The notes under the pieces: model-generated | What the model was told of the DNA's origin: nothing | Seen by the model: the letters and a program-made list of their open reading frames with translations, nothing else | Database searches by the model: none | Program-made: the position numbers and the translations under genes | IMG/VR virus record: IMGVR_UViG_3300036987_000310 | Location: 1 to 64,000 of that record | Source: a virus | Lineage: Duplodnaviria > Caudoviricetes | Length of the DNA: 64,000 bases | Strand: one strand, 5' to 3' | Part shown: positions 55,201-62,956 of the stretch, piece by piece | How positions within the stretch are numbered: the stretch's first letter is position 1 | How the letters are laid out: each line of letters starts with the position of its first letter

Positions 55201-57427
55201 ACTCATAAGCGCACAGAATTCAGGCGGATGGAGGGGGTATTCCCTAGCTGTGTTCCCCGACGGTCGTATTCACACTGGAATCTGTAACACTTGGAATAGC
55301 AACGTAATTTATTTATACACGACAAACGCCACTCTTGTCAACGATGGCAACTGGCATCACATCTCAATAACCTATGATGGATCATCTGTTGCTGCTGGTT
55401 TCAAAATATACTTAGACGGGACATCCCTTCCTACAACTGTTCAATATAACAGTCTCAGTGCAACAACGGTTGATTTAACTGCACCGTTTGCCTTGGGCTA
55501 TGCTATTGGATATGGTCAGGCTTATAACGGCAATATAGGAGACTGTGGAGTCTACAACAAAGAGCTTTCTGCCGCAGATGTAACGACAATTCATAACGGC
55601 GGTGTCCCTACCGACAATCGCCTGCTCTCCAGCGCAACGAACCTAGTCGGTTATTGGCGAATGGGTGATCAGGTCCGCTTTGACGGCACCCTGACCAACA
55701 TGGAAGCCGAGGACATTGAGGATCGTGCGGTCAACTCGGCCCTAGCCTTCTCAAAGAAAAGTCTCGCATTCGGGGGTACAAACGAATATGTCACGATGGG
55801 CAACGTGCTCGGATACGAGTATACTGATGCCTTTTCGTATTCATTTTGGGTTAAAACTTCGGGTTCAACCGGCGGCTACCTTGTTTCCAAGATGGAAGAC
55901 GCCCCGAACTATCGAGGTTACGGCGCTAACCGATTGGCGGGCGGAACGCTGCGTCTGCACTTTATCAGTATCGACGCTTCAAACAAGCTCACTGTGGACA
56001 CGACAACAACCATTCATGACGGCAAATGGCACCATGTCGTCGTAACCTATGACGGTAGTGCCACCCCGTCGGGCGTGGTTTGCTACATCGACACGGTTCC
56101 AAGTGGACTGACCATAGTTCAGGATAACCTAAGCGGCACCATGCTCACTTCAGCTTCGTTCAACATCGTTGGACGTGGTGACGGCACTTGGGGTCTGACC
56201 ATAGCCACAGTTGACGAGGTGTCTGTTTGGGGCAAAGAGTTGTCGGTTGTGGAGGTTGTTGACATTTACAACACGGGAGTTCCGAAGGATCTGTCGAGTT
56301 ATGCGGACCTCGACGGGTACTGGCGTCTTGGGGACAGTGTCCCAAACGATGGCCTCATGGTCAACATGGAGGCTGAAGACATCGTTTTAGACGCTTCTTG
56401 GTCTTGGTTAATAGATGCAAGTTTGTCTGGCGACGCCGTTTTAAGCGCCACGCTGTCTGGTGAGTTGCCTGTGGCGTCCTCTTTGTCTGGCAACGCTGCT
56501 CTAAACGCCATACTGAACCAGGATTTCATTGTCGCTTCAAACTTGTCTGGCGATGCTAGCCTCGTTCCTGATCTGACTTGTTCCATGCTGGTGGAATCCG
56601 ACTTGTCTGGAGATGCAGAGATTGGTGCCGGTTTATCTGTTGAATTGTTTGCACAATCCGACTTGTCTGGCGACGCTGCTCTGAATTCTGCTCTGAATCA
56701 AGATTTCGTCGTCTCGTCAAGCTTGTCTGGCGACGCAGTTTTAAGCGCCATACTGAACCAAGACTTCGTTGTTGCTTCAAGCTTGTCTGGCGACGCTGCA
56801 GTCAATGCCACCTTGTCTTGGGTGTTGTATGTGGCGTCTTCTTTGTCAGGCGACGCCGTTTTAAGCGCCGAAGTTGACACCAATGTATCAGTGGCGTCTT
56901 CTTTGTCTGGAGACGCTTATTTAAGCGGTGCTCTGAATCAAGATTTCGTTGTTGCTTCAAGTTTGTCTGGAGACTCTGCTCTGAATGCTGCAGACTCCAC
57001 GACAGTTCCCATCAACTCTTCTTTGTCTGGAGATGCCGCTCTAAACGCCGAATTGTCTGGCGAATTGCTTGTGGCATCCTCTTTGTCTGGCGACGCTGCT
57101 CTAAACGCCATACTGATCGCTATATACGGCACGTCATCTTCTTTGTCCGGCGACGCATCTCTTGTTGCGACTTCCACAGCGACGTGTCCAGTTTCTTCCA
57201 ACTTGAGCGGACACTCGTCTCTATCGGCAATGGTTGTTGAAGACATTTCTCAACAAGCTAGCCTGTCTGGATCAGCATCTTTGCAAGCCTTCTTGTCGTC
57301 TGACGTCAATGTTCACGCCAACATGTCTGGTCAGGCAGACATGTTGGCAACTTTGTCTTTCTTCGTAATGAGAGAAAAAAGAAGTCACGCCATACACTTG
57401 AGCAGGTTGTCTCATTTAAAGCCATGA
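52271..57427 (+). CDS. LamG/concanavalin-A-like (5 domains) protein with N- and C-terminal 20-aa SSLSGDA repeats; candidate adhesin/receptor-binding tail protein
   Basis: Five FDGxDDYV…FS(V/L)S.W…WH(H/Q)…TYDG…(I/L)DEV..W(N/D)K.LS…YWRMG domains. Confidence 0.88.
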   Translation: MADHQVSADLSGDASLNGALNQDFVVASSLSGDAALSAADSTTVPVASSLSGDAALSAMLSGELPVASSLSGDAALSAILNQDFIVASSLSGDTVLSAILFGELPVASSLSGDVALSAILSGGLPVASSLSGDAALSAALNQDFVVSSSLSGDAALSAMLSGELPVASSLSGDASLSGFAISPRYSIESISFDGVDDHVAMGDVLGFERTDAFSVSLWTKSVQTGVEANFFSKCGDGPNYRGYLLNQDDIDDSLVFYLINVWPTNCIEVRPTQTVNDGQWHHAVVTYNGSSQASGITFYIDGVAVPFTTLKNTLSATILTPTPLQLGRRTSSGLLQPYTGNLDEVSFWDKALSESDIAGIYNDGCPTDLAQHSSVTNLVGWWRMGEGSAFPVIPDLGTGGVPYPLVQDLSGNGYDGTMMNMEVTDVTSDAPYGKCVAFDGVDEYVGLLSARPILDTPQPFSLSAWVYITSTSTIYRTIMGTCGSGAPYGITFGYTVIDTTSDFTIWAHFIYDNATNAIKVGSTTPRLPANSWVFVTLTWDGNASPGATGLKLYGNGSPLATATSQDNLGTNSLVNSAYPFSIGSRSPASDPLYFRGKIDNAAVWNKELSAAEVAELYNDGHLHPATEVSFVGNLIAYWPMGEGDTFPTLQDRRFGSEVSATYPTILDAKSSETLAAYPTILDASGSGFNGTMTNMAINDIVLDSPGGTFSKFALDFDGSDDYVACGNVLGFERTDAFSVEFTFKAGASVDNEFVIAKAIAGTPEGWHIILSSTGQIILGMVRTWLTNAIVVETVLGYRDNVWHQAVMTYDGSSSATGVAFYIDGAAVVSSTFTDTLSASIVSAAELRIGTRQLGYPNECYSGRLEEVAVWDKKLFAAEVLEVYNGGVPTDNRLLSSADNLVGYWRMGDQVRFDGTMTNMAVNDIVLNSPGGTFSKFSTDFDGSDDYVTMGTVLQFERTDTYSLSIWCKTRSIGSEQKLISAQNSGGWRGYSLAVFPDGRIHTGICNTWNSNVIYLYTTNATLVNDGNWHHISITYDGSSVAAGFKIYLDGTSLPTTVQYNSLSATTVDLTAPFALGYAIGYGQAYNGNIGDCGVYNKELSAADVTTIHNGGVPTDNRLLSSATNLVGYWRMGDQVRFDGTLTNMEAEDIEDRAVNSALAFSKKSLAFGGTNEYVTMGNVLGYEYTDAFSYSFWVKTSGSTGGYLVSKMEDAPNYRGYGANRLAGGTLRLHFISIDASNKLTVDTTTTIHDGKWHHVVVTYDGSATPSGVVCYIDTVPSGLTIVQDNLSGTMLTSASFNIVGRGDGTWGLTIATVDEVSVWGKELSVVEVVDIYNTGVPKDLSSYADLDGYWRLGDSVPNDGLMVNMEAEDIVLDASWSWLIDASLSGDAVLSATLSGELPVASSLSGNAALNAILNQDFIVASNLSGDASLVPDLTCSMLVESDLSGDAEIGAGLSVELFAQSDLSGDAALNSALNQDFVVSSSLSGDAVLSAILNQDFVVASSLSGDAAVNATLSWVLYVASSLSGDAVLSAEVDTNVSVASSLSGDAYLSGALNQDFVVASSLSGDSALNAADSTTVPINSSLSGDAALNAELSGELLVASSLSGDAALNAILIAIYGTSSSLSGDASLVATSTATCPVSSNLSGHSSLSAMVVEDISQQASLSGSASLQAFLSSDVNVHANMSGQADMLATLSFFVMREKRSHAIHLSRLSHLKP
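52286..52825 (+). repeat. 9 x 60-bp coding tandem repeat (VASSLSGDAALSAxLxxxxx)
   Basis: Units are readable directly in both protein and DNA (tctttgtctggcgacgccgctttaagcgcc). Confidence 0.92.
56411..57370 (+). repeat. 16 x 60-bp coding tandem repeat (same 20-aa unit, degenerating toward the C-terminus)
   Basis: Counted from IDASLSGDAV… to VHANMSGQADMLATLSFFVM. Confidence 0.9.
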
Positions 57428-57759
57428 CACCGCCAGAAAAAACTCCAGGGTATATCTATTTTTCTCCTGCAATGTTTCCAGTTGCGGGGTCTGAAATAGA
57501 TGTGGCTCGAATTGTGTTTACAGCTCAAGTTGCAGACACATATTTGAGCCAACAGCCTGCCGACGCTTTGCGGCCTTTTTTGCTGGGCCCCGCACCGCTG
57601 GCTCCATCTGGAAGAGCATGGCCTCCAGATTTTTCTGCTTCATATGAACCAATGTTGAACAACACGCAGTATGGTTTCATGAGCAACAAGCCTGGAGTTG
57701 CAGTGCGTGGCGAATTGTTCAACACTTCGACGCTGGAACTGACCGTGGTGTTGGTTTAG
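57424..57759 (+). CDS. Hypothetical protein (111 aa)
   Basis: 4-nt overlap with the LamG gene stop; operonic. Confidence 0.65.
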   Translation: MTPPEKTPGYIYFSPAMFPVAGSEIDVARIVFTAQVADTYLSQQPADALRPFLLGPAPLAPSGRAWPPDFSASYEPMLNNTQYGFMSNKPGVAVRGELFNTSTLELTVVLV

Positions 57760-57768
57760 GAGCTGAAA

Positions 57769-58437
57769 ATGCCAATTCTTCGTGAAATTTTTAGACACGC
57801 AAAAGACCGAGGGGTCCAGTTTGCTCTTAAAAGCCTCGGGTATGATGAATACTCTCGAGAGAGAATGAGCGGGGAAGTTTTCTGGACTTTGCGCGATTCT
57901 GCGACGGGGAAAGAGACCCGCGGGCATCACAAAAACATTGTGACCCTTGACGCCGGGATTTTGTTGGCGACGTTCATGAAGGGAACGGGAACAGCTGTTG
58001 CGAATCAATGCGTTCCGAGCTTTGGCATATACGCTCTCGGAGTTGGAACTGGCGACGTTTCATGGGACCCCATGAGCCCTCCTCCCGCCACGGTTACGCA
58101 AAGGTCTTTGTATAATGAGTTGGCGAGAAAAGCCGTCGCCATAACCAGCTTCATTGATGAGAACGGGTCCATTTCTGGCGTTAGAACGCACATAGTGGAC
58201 TTCACTACAACTTTTACAGAGTCCGAAGCTGTGGGGGCTCTGACCGAGATGGGCCTTTTGGGTGGCGACATCGACACCAGCATGGCTGTTAGAAACCCAG
58301 TGCTTCCGCCAAATGGATCGTACGATCCAACGGTGGACACGTCTGCAAAGGACATCTTGGTTAACTATGTCACGTTTCCAGCGATAAACAAGCCACCGAC
58401 CAGCACTCTTAGTTGGACATGGAGGATCATTACATGA
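57769..58437 (+). CDS. Baseplate/tail-fibre attachment-type structural protein
   Basis: HKNIVTLDAG…ALGVGTG…QRSLYNELARK…FTTTFTESEAVGALTEMGL…NYVTFPAINK…LSWTWRI is a pattern typical of proteins preceding tail fibres. RBS TAGGAG. Confidence 0.72.
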   Translation: MPILREIFRHAKDRGVQFALKSLGYDEYSRERMSGEVFWTLRDSATGKETRGHHKNIVTLDAGILLATFMKGTGTAVANQCVPSFGIYALGVGTGDVSWDPMSPPPATVTQRSLYNELARKAVAITSFIDENGSISGVRTHIVDFTTTFTESEAVGALTEMGLLGGDIDTSMAVRNPVLPPNGSYDPTVDTSAKDILVNYVTFPAINKPPTSTLSWTWRIIT

Positions 58438-58451
58438 TCTGGATTTGAGTC

Positions 58452-58479
58452 TGGTAGAGTTCTTTCATGGACTCTTCCA
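58452..58479 (+). promoter_or_regulatory. RNA hairpin sequestering the start codon of GIY-YIG 58467
   Basis: TGGTAGAGTTC (58452-58462) pairs with GGACTCTTCCA (58469-58479): 11 positions, 1 mismatch, 1 G-U. Same 5' arm as at 5820 and 18031. Confidence 0.65.
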
Positions 58480-59441
58480 AACCAATCCGCTACACGATCT
58501 ACTGTCACATCCACATTGAGTCTGGACGCCGCTACGTTGGTTTGACCAAAAAGACCATGATGCAGCGTTGGAATCGGCACATTCAAGCCGCTAACCGCCA
58601 ATTAGGTGGATGGTCCCACTTCGCCAATGCTATTCGTCTTTATGGCAAGGACGCTTTTTCGCACGAAGTGCTTGAAGTGTGCAATTCGGTCGAAGCAGCC
58701 AACGTCGCGGAGCAGAAGTGGATCGAGCACTTCAAGACTCGGGACCCGGAATTTGGCTTCAACTTGACTCCGGGCGGCGCTCACACGCCGCATCTGATCA
58801 AGAACCCGTGGGACCGTCCGGAATTTCGCGAAAAGGCGATGGCAACACTGCCGAAGCTCATCTCGGCTGGCCTGTCTCCCGAAGCTCGAGCCAAGACCGT
58901 TGCGACTCTTCGGACTCCAGAATTCCGTCAAAAGGCGGCCGAGCTGACGAGGAAGCAATTTTCTTCCCCCGAGTCTCGTCAGAAGATGTCCGAGACTGTT
59001 AAAGCTCTCCATCAGATTCCGGAGATTGCGGAAAAATTCGCGTCGGGGTTCCGCAAGACCAATGCCGAACGCGCGTCCAAGACCCGTTGCAAGCACGGTC
59101 ACGAGTTCACCCCGGAGAACACGCGAACGGACGAGAACGGATGGCGTTATTGCAAGCGGTGCGCGGCCGACCGCGCCGCCAAGAAAGCTCGCGAAGAGCG
59201 CACGCGCTGCGCAGGCGGCCATGAGTTCGTCGAGGGTAGCTTCAAGCTCAGCTGCAGCGGCGAGCGTGTCTGTCTGCTGTGTGTCCAAACGCATTGTAAG
59301 CGCGGCCACGAGCTGTCGCCAGAGAACACCTACCTGAACAACCGCGGCAGCCGCGTGTGCAAGCTCTGCGAGCGCATTCGCGGCCGGCAGTCCGACGCCC
59401 GCAGGAGAAATCGGCGGAAGGCGAGCCAAGCAAAAGGCTAG
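58467..59441 (+). CDS. Free-standing GIY-YIG homing endonuclease with three CxxGH(E/F)…CxxC Zn-finger-like repeats
   Basis: YTIYCHIHIESGRRYVGLT, RWNRH, AEQKWI, GFNL. The C-terminus has CKHGHEFTPENT…CKRC, CAGGHEF…CLLC and CKRGHELSPENT…CKLC. Confidence 0.92.
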   Translation: MDSSKPIRYTIYCHIHIESGRRYVGLTKKTMMQRWNRHIQAANRQLGGWSHFANAIRLYGKDAFSHEVLEVCNSVEAANVAEQKWIEHFKTRDPEFGFNLTPGGAHTPHLIKNPWDRPEFREKAMATLPKLISAGLSPEARAKTVATLRTPEFRQKAAELTRKQFSSPESRQKMSETVKALHQIPEIAEKFASGFRKTNAERASKTRCKHGHEFTPENTRTDENGWRYCKRCAADRAAKKAREERTRCAGGHEFVEGSFKLSCSGERVCLLCVQTHCKRGHELSPENTYLNNRGSRVCKLCERIRGRQSDARRRNRRKASQAKG

Positions 59442-59593
59442 CTCTCTGAGCGATAGCCCATGAACTCGTACACCTTGAACCACCCGTAAGGACAGCCTTT
59501 GTGGAAGTCATTTCGCGAGATTCTCACCTTGAAGGATCTCGCAAGTTGAAAGTGATATAGCCCGATTCGTATGTTGACCAGTAGGTCGCTCAT
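59438..59593 (-). CDS. Small hypothetical protein (51 aa, MSDLLVNIRIGLYHFQLARSFKVRISRNDFHKGCPYGWFKVYEFMGYRSES), missed by the track
   Basis: ATG at 59593-59591 and TAG at 59440-59438, overlapping the GIY-YIG stop in the palindrome CTAG. It fills the gap exactly, has protein-like composition and is below the track's length cut-off. Confidence 0.65.
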   Translation of the reverse strand: MSDLLVNIRIGLYHFQLARSFKVRISRNDFHKGCPYGWFKVYEFMGYRSES

Positions 59594-59691
59594 TGCTTAT
59601 ACGCCATTTCTCTTGTCAAGTTACACCTGGTATTGTTCATTGCTCCTTCCAGCCTCTTATTGAAATGGCATGAGAAATGGCGTATAAGCAA
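59593..59691. repeat. Perfect 20-bp inverted repeat with a 59-bp spacer between divergent genes
   Basis: TTGCTTATACGCCATTTCTC (59593-59612) and GAGAAATGGCGTATAAGCAA (59672-59691). The right arm contains ATG 59677. Confidence 0.9.
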
Positions 59692-62241
59692 CTCGGCCCA
59701 AACGTAAGCCAACTTCCACAAACCGTTTCGCCGGGCGGCGGTTCTTTCACAGCCGAGGATCATTCCTGGGAGTGTCTTGTTTTTCAGCACAACAGGCCAG
59801 TCATGGACTGGGAAATGAACCTGAAAAATGAGATTGACGGGGCGTATGGCTTAGGACAACATGTTCGAAAAACGTTGTCTTCCGGTTTTCTCAATGGAGA
59901 TTTTTACGAGTCTGGAAGCGTCGGGAACTCCTTCTCGTTCTTGACTCCGACCGCAGGCAATGAGAACAGTTTTTTGATTGCGGCGTCTGACATTGTCGTC
60001 AATGGTTGGAGCATTCGATTCGAGTATTCGGACACGTCGACTGACGGTTGGAATCAGATACTCCTTCCTGTTCCGCCGGCATCTGGAACGGACACGAATG
60101 TGGTGATTCTAGAAGTTTGGCGGGCCCTCGTGGTGGCCGGAACCACTGACAACAAGAGCCTTTCCGGACAAATTTTGCGCTTCGGAAACGCCAAAGCTCC
60201 GGACTCCGGAACAAACAGAAACCTGGCCGACGATCTCACAGACGTCACATACTTGCAAGAGACACAGGCCAGAATTCAAATTCAGTACAGGTATAGAGTT
60301 GTTCCTGCGTGGGATCTGAGCACGTACCCGGAAGCTCCAGACCAAATCGTTGCCAACACGGTTCCATATCTCAGCGCTTCGGACGTTGACGGCGCTGCTT
60401 CAGCATATTCCTACGATCGGGTTGACGGGGACTCGGGGCTGTGGCGTGCAGGAAATGGGGACCTTGCCTCTACAATAGCTTTGGGGACCGTGGACGGGTA
60501 CATTTATGCCGTGCCTTTGTGTGCTGTTTTTAGGCGAAATTCCACGGCTTTCGATCGTGCCACCAACTTGAACGGCGCTGCTTTGATTGCCGCGGGAGTT
60601 TCAGACAGGCCAGACGGCTTTTTCTCCGACCAGATTGTTGCCGCTGATGTGCAAGATATGAGAAAAGGAATGTCCGCGGATTTCCAAGAAGTTCTTGCTA
60701 GAAATTTCCAGTATCTGATGCAGAACGAGCTCGGAACTGAGCATGAGACAACCGCAGACGATTGCTCCGGAACAACAATTTTCGCACGAGATTCCCTTGG
60801 AAGCGGGGATAGGCAGCCAGATGCAGTCAGGGTGTACTTTAGCGACCGCGCTGTCACGGAAACTGTTGTTTGCAGCGTAGACCTCACTGTCGCTCCATTT
60901 ACGCAATGTGACATAGACGCCACAGCCGTTCCAGTGATTTGGTATGGAGACGTTGACATAACGTCCCTGGCCCCTGTTGGAACCTCCATCCTGGAAGTCA
61001 GAAAAGTTCGCATTCGCATCAGCGACATCAGCGAAGAAGTGGACGGGCTCGATAACACAAATGGAAAAATCTATGTGGACAACATAGACCTGACGGCCAG
61101 CCACGTCACTTTGTATTTGCAAGAAGACGTGTCATATGCTGGTCCTCTTGAAGTCTTGGTGGAGCTTGCGATCGGATACCCCAGCGGATGCGGTCTAGAT
61201 CGGACTCCAAACGGATCTGTGGCTTTGTGGATGCCGACGGGGGCGTCGGCGTGGATAGACCCGGCTTTGGCTTCGGGTACTTCGGACGCCACAAGAAACA
61301 GTGTCGATTCGACTTTGTGGTCAATTGACAACGCCCATAGGGAAATTCGCGCGACGTTGAAGCAAACGTCCGACACTGTTTCCCTGTATGCTTCGCCAAC
61401 TGGCGACTATGTCATGCTCCCCCAAAGGCTTGATGGGTCCCAAGTTGACATAGACGATGGAATCAATCCTCCGTACTCCACCACGAACTACATGGTGGAC
61501 ACCGCATATACTCGCATTGAACTAAGCTTTGTTGTTGCCGCCAACACTTCCGTTGACGTCACTTATAATGCCACAATTCCGATTCCGCCAATTCCGGTCG
61601 CCCCGGACTCCACGTACGAAGTTTTTTACCAGTCCAAGGCTGTTCAATCCATCGCTGTTCCCGCTGGGTCCAATTACATAAAGCTTCGATTGCGCGCGAT
61701 GCCTTCTTTTTTGACGGTTTCAACCGCTGGTTCCGCCAGCCCGGACGATTTGACCTGGCCTTCCATGACCGGATTTAGTCAAATTCCAATGTCTGACTTG
61801 AGTTCAGATAGCGCCGTTAACTCGTCTCTAGAGGTGCAGCTTCCATCTTCGAGCCCCATAGCCAGTGGAGTTGCTGATCTTTCGTTGAAATTTTCGTATC
61901 TTCAAAATGGCGAAGTGATCCTGGTAAATCTTGGAGACGCGACGCAGGACGCTGACGGGAGACACTTTTGGCCACGCACAAATTATGACGGGGTGTCGTT
62001 TTACGGATACCCAGATTTGACGTCCGATGTTCTTCGTCGCACTTTGTTTCCTGTTCTCATGGAAGTTGTTTCGACGGATACAAACATGGTCAGACCCGGA
62101 ACCCTTGTTCTGGCAGTGTTCACATCGTTCGATTTTGGGTCTCAGCCCGTCGTGTCGTTGTCCACGTCCACGGGGTCTGGATGCGCTGCTCTATATAGGG
62201 TTCGAGGCAATCTGACGAACCCTAGGAGACTCACTCCATGA
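59677..62241 (+). CDS. Tail/baseplate-associated structural protein (854 aa), paralog A
   Basis: Long ORF in the fibre region; shares several motifs with the ORF starting at 62957. Confidence 0.82.
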   Translation: MAYKQLGPNVSQLPQTVSPGGGSFTAEDHSWECLVFQHNRPVMDWEMNLKNEIDGAYGLGQHVRKTLSSGFLNGDFYESGSVGNSFSFLTPTAGNENSFLIAASDIVVNGWSIRFEYSDTSTDGWNQILLPVPPASGTDTNVVILEVWRALVVAGTTDNKSLSGQILRFGNAKAPDSGTNRNLADDLTDVTYLQETQARIQIQYRYRVVPAWDLSTYPEAPDQIVANTVPYLSASDVDGAASAYSYDRVDGDSGLWRAGNGDLASTIALGTVDGYIYAVPLCAVFRRNSTAFDRATNLNGAALIAAGVSDRPDGFFSDQIVAADVQDMRKGMSADFQEVLARNFQYLMQNELGTEHETTADDCSGTTIFARDSLGSGDRQPDAVRVYFSDRAVTETVVCSVDLTVAPFTQCDIDATAVPVIWYGDVDITSLAPVGTSILEVRKVRIRISDISEEVDGLDNTNGKIYVDNIDLTASHVTLYLQEDVSYAGPLEVLVELAIGYPSGCGLDRTPNGSVALWMPTGASAWIDPALASGTSDATRNSVDSTLWSIDNAHREIRATLKQTSDTVSLYASPTGDYVMLPQRLDGSQVDIDDGINPPYSTTNYMVDTAYTRIELSFVVAANTSVDVTYNATIPIPPIPVAPDSTYEVFYQSKAVQSIAVPAGSNYIKLRLRAMPSFLTVSTAGSASPDDLTWPSMTGFSQIPMSDLSSDSAVNSSLEVQLPSSSPIASGVADLSLKFSYLQNGEVILVNLGDATQDADGRHFWPRTNYDGVSFYGYPDLTSDVLRRTLFPVLMEVVSTDTNMVRPGTLVLAVFTSFDFGSQPVVSLSTSTGSGCAALYRVRGNLTNPRRLTP

Positions 62242-62879
62242 AGTTTTTAGCTCGAAGAAGCAACGGCCAAATTGTTGGTCGTTTTGCGGATTCAGACATC
62301 AGGTTTCCTTTGCCGAGCGACATCATTGTTATGGACTCGGCTACCGACATTTTAGAGAGAGACCTCCCAAGCGGATCCAACTTGGAAACATTTTCGGATG
62401 CCAAGTTGGCGTCGTTCAAAAGTTTGCACCCTCTTTTCACGCACTCCCTTTCGATGTGCGAAGAGATGATAGTCCCGAATTGTGACCTGAACCACTCGAA
62501 CCTTGTGACCAGAGGTCCAGGAAAAACTACAATTGTTCGCCCCGGCGGGAAGATGGTCAGCGAAACAATCGCATGCGATAACACCGTTGCGTTTTGTTTT
62601 CGCTACCATGCTTTCATCATGGGGTCCCCGACCGGGAAGCCTAACTTGCGATACTATAATTTTGACGAAACACTGCAGGAGTTCGTGACGCCAAACATCA
62701 CAGTGTCCATGGTTGACGCCGTGGACCCAAACAGCATTTTGGACTTTGTCACATTCGATGCTGAGGGAGCGTTCGGCTATTTTCCTGATTTTCGGATGGC
62801 GTTTGAGAACAGTGGGTCTGTGCCGCTATTCGTGTCTGGGTGGTCGTTCATCACTTACAAAACAAGGTTGGAAGTCTAA
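62238..62879 (+). CDS. Hypothetical protein (213 aa)
   Basis: ATGA overlap with the upstream stop; operonic. Confidence 0.75.
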   Translation: MKFLARRSNGQIVGRFADSDIRFPLPSDIIVMDSATDILERDLPSGSNLETFSDAKLASFKSLHPLFTHSLSMCEEMIVPNCDLNHSNLVTRGPGKTTIVRPGGKMVSETIACDNTVAFCFRYHAFIMGSPTGKPNLRYYNFDETLQEFVTPNITVSMVDAVDPNSILDFVTFDAEGAFGYFPDFRMAFENSGSVPLFVSGWSFITYKTRLEV

Positions 62880-62956
62880 TCAATACTGTTTAAGTCTAAG
62901 CCACTTATGCGGTTTTTTGATGGCCACAATAATGACTACGACGGAGCTGTGCGAAT

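Noticed and set aside
52286-57370. CRISPR array or DGR template/variable repeat
   Set aside because: The repeats are in-frame 60-bp coding units without unique spacers. No adenine-specific variation pattern or reverse transcriptase is seen in the window.
58602-59483. 293-aa - strand ORF
   Set aside because: Antisense shadow of the GC-rich GIY-YIG gene, with no recognisable motifs.
59596-59625. Sigma70 promoter TTGACA…TATAAG on the - strand
   Set aside because: The spacer is only 12 nt (canonical 16-18). Noted only as context for the inverted repeat.
62895-62925. Possible intrinsic terminator (gccacttatgcggtttttt)
   Set aside because: The stem is weak and mismatched, so it is not supportable.
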